The position numbers and the translations under genes were made by a program. The notes below the pieces were generated by a model. The model was not told the DNA's origin and searched no databases. It was given only the letters and a program-made list of their open reading frames with translations. A stretch of 64,000 nucleotides of DNA from a virus: positions 5,638-69,637 of the IMG/VR virus record IMGVR_UViG_3300045977_000216. One strand, written 5' to 3'. Positions 56,176 to 64,000 of the stretch are shown piece by piece; position 1 is the first letter of the stretch; the number at the start of each line of letters is the position of its first letter.

Positions 56176-56409
56176 ATGAAGCTGCACCTGACCATTGAGA
56201 TCACCGACCGTGAGGCCGAGTTGATCTCAGAAGCGAGCATCGAGAGGGTCGTCAACACGACGATCGGCATTCTCGACCGCTCGCGACACCCAGAAGCCGA
56301 TGCGTGCGGCACAGACTGGCGAGACCACAAGCGTACAGTGATCGCACTCTGGCACAGGCTGCAAGGTGCGATCTTCCGCGTGCAGAACAAACTTCCTCCT
56401 CAGGACTAG
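56176..56409 (+). CDS. hypothetical early protein
   Basis: AAGGA RBS. Bracketed by IR. Confidence 0.65.
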   Translation: MKLHLTIEITDREAELISEASIERVVNTTIGILDRSRHPEADACGTDWRDHKRTVIALWHRLQGAIFRVQNKLPPQD

Positions 56410-56465
56410 CGTGAGGAAGGGCACCTCGGCGGACCCACCGTCACAACACCCAAGGGAGAACTGAG

Positions 56466-56825
56466 ATGCTGACAGCAGCGTTTCGACCTGGCACGACGGC
56501 ATGCTCCTGCGAGCTGTGCGAGCAGCCCGTCGGCGAGCACGCGGTTCGCGGACGCACCAAGTACGGTCCGTGGGCACTGATGTGCGTGGGCTGTTGGTCG
56601 CACGTCGGCACTGGAATTGGTCCGGCTCACGGTCGCCACTTCCTGGTCCGGCAGGGCGTCCTCACAGAGCAGAAGGAATCCCACGCCATCCGCAGGAACG
56701 GAATCCTCGTGATCGTCGGAGCCACTCACAGGGCACGCGAGCCAATGGCCTACGAGCCGCACCACGAGTCGTGCTGTCGCTCCGAGGGCAATCCAGTGTG
56801 CCAGTGCAGGTGTCACACGCCATGA
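56466..56825 (+). CDS. Zn-finger-like early protein
   Basis: CELC...RT..GPWA.MC..C....G.G.G. Confidence 0.65.
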   Translation: MLTAAFRPGTTACSCELCEQPVGEHAVRGRTKYGPWALMCVGCWSHVGTGIGPAHGRHFLVRQGVLTEQKESHAIRRNGILVIVGATHRAREPMAYEPHHESCCRSEGNPVCQCRCHTP

Positions 56826-56883
56826 TCTGGGCCATTGTGGTAATCGTCCTGATCACCTGCGTGTTCTACACGAGGAGGAAGCT

Positions 56884-57078
56884 ATGAGGGTGTTCTTCGT
56901 CTGGCTCAGGGGACCTGATGAACCAGGTCCGCTCGCAGACTGGATCGTGCGAGCCGACGATCCCTTCCAGGCCATCGACAAGGTTCGGGCGACCTTCAAG
57001 TCACCCCTTCCCGATGACATGGGGATCGACGCTCGCGAGATCACTGAAGAAGTCTGGGAGATTCCATCACTCATCTAG
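56884..57078 (+). CDS. hypothetical protein
   Basis: GGAGG RBS, 64 aa. Confidence 0.55.
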   Translation: MRVFFVWLRGPDEPGPLADWIVRADDPFQAIDKVRATFKSPLPDDMGIDAREITEEVWEIPSLI

Positions 57079-57092
57079 AAGGGAGGGTCGAG

Positions 57093-57272
57093 GTGTTCCG
57101 AGTTGGGGAAGCCGTCTGGTCGTGCACGCACAAAGCCTACGGTCGCGTGGTGCGTGTACTCGGCGGCGAGTTGCTGATCTCAGTGCATGGTCGCGTGGTG
57201 AACGACGAGCTCGTGGAGGTCGCTACCGAGCTCGTGTACGATTACGTCCCCACGACGATGCACCACTACTAA
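57093..57272 (+). CDS. hypothetical protein (59 aa)
   Basis: Hand translation VFRVGEAVWSCTHKAYGRVVRV...HHY*. GGAGG RBS. Ends just before the terminator. Confidence 0.55.
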   Translation: MFRVGEAVWSCTHKAYGRVVRVLGGELLISVHGRVVNDELVEVATELVYDYVPTTMHHY

Positions 57273-57276
57273 CGCA

Positions 57277-57321
57277 GCGGAGGGAGGTGCCGAAAGGCAC
57301 CTCCCTCCGCATTTTTTTTTT
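57277..57321 (+). terminator. rho-independent terminator of the early operon
   Basis: 15-bp perfect stem GCGGAGGGAGGTGCC-GAAA-GGCACCTCCCTCCGC followed by A and 10 T. Confidence 0.92.
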
Positions 57322-57838
57322 GCTTTCACGAGCGGAGCTCCCTGACCAAGCGAGCCCTATCGTGCATAAAAAGGCCAAGGTAGATGCCCCGCGTCGCGAC
57401 GTTGAGGTCAGTGAGGGCATTCTCTGGATACACGTTCTCATGACCGTGCCGGCAGACCGCCAGCAAGGCCGACGGTCAGAGCAAGTCCTCGCTGATGCTC
57501 CCGTCCCTGATCCCAGAAGCGATCTCCTCCGTCCTGCGGTGCCTCCCGCCCTCGTGCCAGAGCAACTCTGCTCCCTTGGCGTAGCTGAGGACCCTGTCGC
57601 AGACCTTCTTCAAGTGCTCTGTCTCAATCATGACATGATTCCTCCAGTTTCCCGTGGCACGGTTTCCGGACCACTTACGTGCCCACTGAATAGGGGGGGG
57701 TTCCTATTCCCCTATATACTCCCCTATGGTTGTTGTTGTTGTATAGTACAAATAGAATATAAGACGGGGTGACGATCCGGAAGTCGTTGCCCCGCAAGGA
57801 CTTACGTCAATTCAGGCGTGGCATGAACGTGGTCCGGA

Positions 57839-58291
57839 TTACGTGCCGCTGCTCCCGAGTCGATTCTCGCCCCTCTTGGTCTCCGAGAGCTCTTCAACCA
57901 CTCTCACCAGCGGTGCCGACACCTTCTGGATGAGGACCTGGGCGACTTTGTCACCCGCCTTGAAGTGAACGACCTCGCCAGACGTGTTCAGGAGCCACAC
58001 GATCCACTCACCCCTGTAGTCCGCGTCGATGACGCCGGCCAGCGACCTTATCCCCTTCGCACCGGTGCTCCCGCGATCCCACACCAGTGCCACGTGTCCG
58101 GCGGGCACCTCGCAGGCGATCCCCGTGTGAACGGCGATCCTGAAGCCCGGCGGAAGGTCGATGGGGTCCGTACACCTTATGTCGTACCCAGCCGAGTTGT
58201 ACGCCCTCTCCGGCGGCCTCGCACCAGGTCGCAGGAGCTTGACCCTCAGCTCCAGCTCAGTCACGAGCGTGTGTTGACACGGGGGCATCAT
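57839..58291 (-). CDS. dut: trimeric dUTPase
   Basis: Motifs AGYDI, DRGS, GVIDADYRGE, AQ and RG...GSSG. Confidence 0.93.
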   Translation of the reverse strand: MMPPCQHTLVTELELRVKLLRPGARPPERAYNSAGYDIRCTDPIDLPPGFRIAVHTGIACEVPAGHVALVWDRGSTGAKGIRSLAGVIDADYRGEWIVWLLNTSGEVVHFKAGDKVAQVLIQKVSAPLVRVVEELSETKRGENRLGSSGT

Positions 58292-59749
58292 ATCACCTTT
58301 CTCTTTCTGACGACCATCACAGTCGCCGTGTTGCTGACCTTCTGTCGTATCGCCGCCGCCCAAATTCCCCTTCCCTTCCTGGCCCTGCTCCTCGCGTACC
58401 TGATGGCTTCCGCGAGCACGTCGTAGGTGGAGTCTCCCTCCTCCACCTCGACTTCTACCTCGTAGTGGTCCCAGACGTACGTCCTAGACGTCCTGTTCAC
58501 GAGCCTAACTCCACGACCCGCGGCGGTGGCATGACGACCGCCGCCGTGTACTCACCCTTCACCACGAGCCCGATGTTGTGGATGCTGATTATCCAGTCCT
58601 CGTCGCCCTCCAGGTCGAGGACGCCGGACTCCACCTTCCTCACGACTCCCTTGAACGCGAGCTGCCCGATGAAGACGCTCGCGTACTCGCCGATCATCTG
58701 CTTCAGTCGCTCTTCCACGACTCACCTCCAGAAGTAGCAGGTCGCGAGACCGGCGACGAGCGAAAGCTGCCGCGATCAAGTATCCCTGCTTCATTTCTTT
58801 CCCCTCCTGAGTCACTCCCTCCAGATCTTGAGACCTTGTCCCTCGCCCTCAGCTCGCCTCGTCACCTCCAGTACGTGGTGCCCCTTCCCGCCCTCCTCGA
58901 TCCACCCGCCCTCCCTGTCTGGGTACGGGTGGAAGGCCACTTCCCGCACCGTCAGCTTCGCCGGATAGTGGTGCGGCCCGTCCCTGACGAGCAGGTTGAG
59001 GTCGCCGGTTTCGTAGTGCCCGCCCTGAGTATCGCCGCTGCTTCTGCGATCAACTTCGCCAACCTCTCCGGCTCAGTCACCAGGTGATGGAGCACCTTCG
59101 CCGCCTCCTCGTACCCTTCCCGCGTCGCCCCGAGCATGAACCATCTTGCGGCTCCTGGGAGCAGGCACTCGTCGATCTGCCTCGCGATCTCCTGAGTCCT
59201 GTCGTCCGCGAGCAGGTGCACTGGCTTAATCCTCATCTGGATTCTTCCTCCACCTGTTGATTAGGCTCGCCACGACCTCGCACTCCCTGTGAGTGAGGCC
59301 GGCGTTCCTGAGCAAGAGTACCCGCTCCCCTGCCCGCGTGGCCACGATCCCGTCGTCCTTGTACCTCACCCTGCCGAAGTTGAACATGCCCTCTCTTGGA
59401 CTCGGCCTCGTGCAGTACTTGTCTGCTCCCGCGACCGTGTGCTCCGGACCTAACCGCACGGGTACATGTCTATCCAGCCCGCGTCCATGTACGCGTGTCC
59501 GGACGCCCCGCACCGGAGACACCTGACCGCGACGTCCGACCTACCGAAGTCGTCGATAATCCAATCGTGTCGCCTCAGGGTCTCCATCTTCTCCCTGATC
59601 GACAGCCAGTTGATCGTGAGGCCGCACCTCGTGCACTCCCTGATGCCCACCAGCCCACTCTCCTCTAGGATCATCGCCCTGGACACGCAGTTTCGGCAAG
59701 CGGCGGGAGGCAGGATGCTTATTGCTGCTGCTCGTGAGATCACGGTCCC
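58288..59749 (-). other. cluster of short hypothetical ORFs (e.g. 58288-58500, 58497-58718, 58952-59236, and a Cys-rich ORF ending at 59450)
   Basis: Tightly coupled short ORFs with RBSs. Starts uncertain. Confidence 0.45.
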
Positions 59750-60456
59750 ACCCTCCCGTTCTCGCAGAACGCCCTCTGCGTGAGCGGCCACCCCTCCTTG
59801 AAGATCGCCTCGCACGCCCTCGCCGCTTCCTCGATCTCCGCCTGCGGGTACGAGACGAACATGGCGTCCGGCTCGTGGGTCCTCAGGGACAGGAAGTGCA
59901 TGAGGGACCGCGGGTTGCAGGTCACCCAGCACCTTGAGTACGTAGCCACCGGCAGCACCGCCCTCGCGACCTCCTTGGCTATGCCTTGCCGAAGCATTGA
60001 CTTATAGTGCCACCACGCTTGCCTGTACACTTGAGTCATTTGATGACAGACTCCATTGTGTATATTGGAGTCGGCGGGCTGGAGCTTCGGGCGAGCGGGG
60101 CTGAAGTCTGGTCCCGCGATCATCTTCCTCTCCGCCCTCGGCACCCAGAACTTGGGCCTCAGCTCGCTGTAGCGACCGGACTCCTCGTTGTAGGACATCC
60201 CGATCCTGTGGCGGTGCCACTCACGCCAGACGAAGATCGGTGCGTCCACGAAGAACGTCACGGCGGAGTGCTCAAAGGGCGTGCCGTGCCTGTGCTTCAT
60301 CAGGTAGTTGATTCTGCCGTAGGACGCCTCCCCGTCCTGCACTACCCGAAGGGCCTCTTCGGGGTCCTTCGAGACCAGCATCGCTCCCACGATCATGGCG
60401 TCTCCGCCCATGCCGTCGACCCGTCGCACTAGGATCTCGCTCGTTGTCTCGATCAC
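59740..60456 (-). CDS. thyX: FAD-dependent thymidylate synthase
   Basis: HGTPFEH, REWHRHR..SYNEESGRY, EVARAVLP, NPRSLMHFLSLR and Q.EI. Confidence 0.96.
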   Translation of the reverse strand: MIETTSEILVRRVDGMGGDAMIVGAMLVSKDPEEALRVVQDGEASYGRINYLMKHRHGTPFEHSAVTFFVDAPIFVWREWHRHRIGMSYNEESGRYSELRPKFWVPRAERKMIAGPDFSPARPKLQPADSNIHNGVCHQMTQVYRQAWWHYKSMLRQGIAKEVARAVLPVATYSRCWVTCNPRSLMHFLSLRTHEPDAMFVSYPQAEIEEAARACEAIFKEGWPLTQRAFCENGRVGP

Positions 60457-60809
60457 TTCTTCACCTCTTCATAGAGAAGTTTGTAGAATGCGTGGTACCT
60501 GGACTTGAACAGGTCGGCCCACGAGGCTGAGACTATTTCGTGCTCGGGGTTCCCCGTCGGCGTGTAGCTCTTGACCTCCGTTAGGAAGCAATAGGTGTAG
60601 CTCACCTCGTCTGGCGGCCCGTGGAAGATTAGCTCTTGATACATCGCAGTGAGACCGACCTCCTCCATCAGCTCCCTCGCGGCGGCCTGCTTGAAGTCCT
60701 CGCCCGCCTCCGCCCTGCCCCCAGGCAGGATGATTCCACGACCTTTCTTGCACTGGATTCCGACTATCCCCTCGTTCATGTGTATCAGGGAGATGCAGCC
60801 GATGATCAT
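60453..60809 (-). CDS. Nudix hydrolase
   Basis: Nudix box PGGRAEAGEDFKQAAARELMEEVGL. Confidence 0.9.
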   Translation of the reverse strand: MIIGCISLIHMNEGIVGIQCKKGRGIILPGGRAEAGEDFKQAAARELMEEVGLTAMYQELIFHGPPDEVSYTYCFLTEVKSYTPTGNPEHEIVSASWADLFKSRYHAFYKLLYEEVKK

Positions 60810-62759
60810 GTATTCCTCCTGACTACGATCAGCTCCTCGGTCCTGTTCTGAAACTTCATGATGTCGACGTCGCCGGTGAATATGCTCTTGACCTTCCTGT
60901 ACTTGAAGCTCACGATGCCGTCGATGTCCACGATCCCTGACTTCCCGAGCTTCTCCTCGATCACCTTCACGCTCTGGGCCGTATGCCACCAGCCCCTGTA
61001 GTAGTACGCTGAGTTCATGGCTCCTCCTTGTATACCTCGTACTCACCGGTCTTGAAATCAATGTACCCCATGTACTCGCTTCCGTCCATCATGCTCCATA
61101 AGTTTTGCCATGTCGCTTCCTCCTAAAGAAGGCCTCGGCGAGCACGAGCTCGCTGTCTACGTTCCTGCTGATCGCACGAGCGTCATTCTCGACCTTCGGC
61201 GGAACCATCCCGCCCTGTCGCCTCATCCAGTTCCGGCACTCGTTGCCCTCGGTGAGGTCAGGATCGCTGAACCTCCACCAGTACCTGGGGTCGGGACCGA
61301 TGTACCGTGCGGCGTACCTCGCCTCGCCGTCCTCGAACAGCCTGTCTACGACGCCCTCCGTGCTCCAGAGACCGTACCCCTCCGTCAGGTACTGCCTGTG
61401 GTAGCGGACCCCGCCCAGGTTACCGCAGACCTCGTGCATCGCGTCTCTGTCGTGGACGACGTCGACCGAGTCCCTGTCTCCCGCGAGCACCTCCAGCCTC
61501 GTCATCGCCAGGGGTCCTGACGTCGGTCCCTTGTCGATGCTGAAGGTCACCATACCTCCCGCATCCCAGACCTGGACGAGGTTGCTGCCGGCGTCCCGCA
61601 GGACGTCAATCCTCAGCACTCCGTCGTAGAAGCTGGCGGTCGGACCCGCCGGCATCAACCTGCACTCAAGGCACTCGAAATAAAGCATGCATCAACTCCT
61701 CGTTGTTGAAAACCTTGCATCCGTGCGAGTGGTCCAGCTCGCCGACCAGGGCGGCGAATTCCCGCACCTCGTGCTTCGTTGCTCTCGCGAGCCGAACGCA
61801 GTGCGTCCCGCAGCAGCCGCAGGTGCCGGCGTATACGTGGACTCCGGCGATCCAGCCGAGCTCCATTACTACGCCTATTTTGTACGGCTCGCCCTCCTCG
61901 TTGCAGACGGGACACACCATGATTATACCGCCGGAAGTCGCCTCGACTTCCCTCAGGTCAATCCACACTGTCATCTGGCACTCCCTTCTCGACCTGCCGC
62001 CTCACGCTCGCGGCGGCTGACTCAACCTCATGGATGTCGGTGCAGAGGTTGGAGTTCCGGAGGTAGAGCACGGCCTCGTCTAGGCCGTAGAGTTCCGCGT
62101 CCTTCCAGAACTGGATGCTGTAGCCCTCACCTCCTGGTTTTAGGAGCCGGTCGACGGTCATCTCCACCCAGCGGACGAGAGAGCTCCCGTGAGCCAGGTC
62201 GAACTTGACCAGCTCCCTTAGGTAGAGTCGCTTCTTCACGTCTCCTCCTCCATGCTGTTGAGCAGGCGCTCGAGCTCGCCCCTGTTGATCTTCTTCTCTT
62301 CCTTGACCTCCTCGACCTTCTTGACCCGGAATTGGTTGTAGAAGCTCTCGTCAGGATCACCACCCTTGCACCAGCACCGGAGGGCCTCCCTGATGTAGCT
62401 CGCCACCTCCCTCCGGTCGCTCCCGTCGGGAACGACCACCGTGACCCGATACGTCGCCGTCCTCATATTGATTCTCCGATCATTGGCGGCATCAGGCAGG
62501 ACAGGTCGACGGTGATCTGGTGCCCGATCCGCCGCTCGTGTTCCAACAGTGTCCACATCAGCTCGCCGTAGGCGTAGCTCGGCCTGGGGTCCCTCCAGAA
62601 CCTCGGCGTTCCCGTCCACGGCTGCACGTAGAAGCTCGTCACGATCTTGTCACTCGGCTCCAGCCAGTACGTCTCCACGTACTCTCCGACGCAGACTCGC
62701 ATCCTGCCGTCGTCGGTTATGGCGGAGTACGTCGTCTCTTTATAACTCCTGTAGATCAC
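60806..62759 (-). other. cluster of short hypothetical ORFs (60806-61018, ~61089-61655, 61666-61974 Zn-ribbon, 61958-62239, ~62236-62466, 62463-62759)
   Basis: Coupled start/stop overlaps. No family recognised. Confidence 0.45.
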
Positions 62760-63715
62760 GACTCCCTCCTCCAGAACCTAGCCTCCTTCGGCACGCCCGA
62801 GTTCGTCAGCTCGCGGTACCGGAAGGACACGCTGCTGCCTATCGGAAAGCGCCTGCTCGTGGCCTCCTTCACTAATCCCCCTGGGACCGCCACCTCCGCT
62901 CCCGAGAGCTGCCTCTCTGCGTCGGTGAAGCCGCAGAGCTCGAACTCGACAGCTCCCCACTTGACGACCATGGCACCCATCATCCCGAGATACTTGCCCT
63001 GACCCCACACGTAGCCGGCGACCTCACCCGTCCCGTCCAGTGACTTCTTGACCTTGAGCAGGTCCCAGGACCTCTCCGGCCTCCAGTGGCTGCCGGGCCT
63101 CCTGAGCATGATCCCCTCGCCGCCGCGGTTGCAGACCTCGTCCAGCAGGGAGGTCAGGTGGTCGCGGTCCCTGATCAGCTCCTGCGTGGGCACGTACAGT
63201 CGCGTCTGCACCCCTATCAGCTCCCGCAGCTTCGTCAGCGTCGCCTCGAAGGGTCGTGCCTCGTGCGGTCGCACCGGCAGGCCCTGCAGCCAGCGGAGGG
63301 CCGCGTCGTCCAGGAACTGGTCGTGGGCCGGCGAGTCGAACACGGCGTACTGAACGTAGCTCCAGCCGACACCTGGCTCTATGCTCCGCACGGTGCTCAT
63401 GAGGTGTTGGAACTTACCCCTGCCCATGTAGAGCTCCCCGTCGAGCGGCACCTGCGGGAGGCGGTCGAGGAAGCTGTCGGGAGCATGGATCACCTTCCCC
63501 AGCCTGGACCAGAGGCCCGTGGCTACCGGAGGTCGCACGAGCCGACCGTCCTTCTCCGTGTTGGCGAAGGGCACGTCCCTCGCGAGCATCCCCCTCGTGA
63601 CCCCGCCGTCCCAGAGGGCACGCATCCCGTCGAGCTTCTCGCTCGCGTACCAGCCGGCTACACCGTGCTTATCGGGGTCGTAGGTGTGTGCTAGCATTAC
63701 TCTTTCACGCTTCAT
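62756..63715 (-). CDS. ATP-dependent DNA ligase
   Basis: SEKLDGMRALWDG (KxDG), LDGELY, VFD, EGIMLR, LLKVK and an OB-domain P...RF. Confidence 0.93.
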   Translation of the reverse strand: MKRERVMLAHTYDPDKHGVAGWYASEKLDGMRALWDGGVTRGMLARDVPFANTEKDGRLVRPPVATGLWSRLGKVIHAPDSFLDRLPQVPLDGELYMGRGKFQHLMSTVRSIEPGVGWSYVQYAVFDSPAHDQFLDDAALRWLQGLPVRPHEARPFEATLTKLRELIGVQTRLYVPTQELIRDRDHLTSLLDEVCNRGGEGIMLRRPGSHWRPERSWDLLKVKKSLDGTGEVAGYVWGQGKYLGMMGAMVVKWGAVEFELCGFTDAERQLSGAEVAVPGGLVKEATSRRFPIGSSVSFRYRELTNSGVPKEARFWRRES

Positions 63716-63912
63716 GTTGAGGTCCTCTGGTTCCACGCCGCCAGTGCGGCCGTGACAGCCTCTTCGTCTCCGAGGCCGGTCGCGAAGTAGTAGGACGTTG
63801 TCCTGAGATGGCAATTTGTACATTCTACTGAGGCGTATGCCAGGGAAATGACCTTGGCCTTGCCGCCGCAGCACGGGCACGGCTTCACGCTCGCGTCAAG
63901 AACTACTGCCAT
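63712..63912 (-). CDS. Lar-like restriction-alleviation Zn-ribbon protein
   Basis: KPCPCCGG.A...VECTNC...A..AWN.R. Confidence 0.75.
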   Translation of the reverse strand: MAVVLDASVKPCPCCGGKAKVISLAYASVECTNCHLRTTSYYFATGLGDEEAVTAALAAWNQRTST

Positions 63913-64000
63913 GGTATGTCACCTTTGTGTTTTTCACGTTGCCCAAGAACAAGTCCGCGTTGACGAACACCGGCGGTATCCTCCGCCTCCTCCGCTCGGT

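Larger units (their letters stand above)
53324..56442 (+). repeat. array of six gene-bracketing inverted-repeat pairs
   Basis: Pairs: 53324-53349/53603-53628, 53712-53742/54981-55011, 55026-55050/55338-55362, 55374-55399/55737-55762, 55767-55791/56099-56123 and 56130-56157/56415-56442. Confidence 0.92.

Noticed and set aside
55026-56442. CRISPR array interpretation of the recurring GCACCTCGGCG units
   Set aside because: The units alternate in orientation, vary in sequence and are separated by whole ORFs of 230-310 bp, not 30-40 bp spacers. No cas genes are present.
1-64000. Prophage boundaries, integrase or alternative genetic code
   Set aside because: No integrase, att-tRNA or host housekeeping flank was seen. 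Genes are intact in the standard code and all three stop codons are used.

Overview
The window is a large part of one GC-rich tailed dsDNA phage genome (siphovirus-like: tape measure, tail tube and frameshifted tail chaperone). No host genes, integrase, tRNA or CRISPR were seen. Layout: (i) 1-17134, minus-strand replication and nucleotide-metabolism block (UvrD-like helicase fragment, HAD nucleotidase, PD-(D/E)XK nuclease, sigma-70-like factor, NYN protein, class II RNR, VRR-NUC, PolA, SNF2 helicase, two ParB-like proteins). (ii) 17569-22376, plus strand: primase-helicase, dNMP kinase, Dam-like MTase, DEDDh exonuclease. (iii) 22382-52119, minus-strand late operon from terminase to tail, which also carries a response-regulator receiver, a metzincin protease and two exported CxxCH (cytochrome c-type) proteins. 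These suggest a Planctomycetota host, by inference. (iv) 52120-57321, a repeat-rich control region, a strong sigma-70 promoter and a plus-strand early operon. (v) 57476-63912, minus strand: dUTPase, ThyX, Nudix, ATP-dependent ligase, Lar-like. The most striking unexplained structure is in the early operon. Six consecutive gene units are each clamped by their own 25-31 bp near-perfect inverted repeat. One arm ends just before the ribosome-binding site and its complement begins just after the stop codon. All family calls come from motif recognition by eye; no database searches were run.
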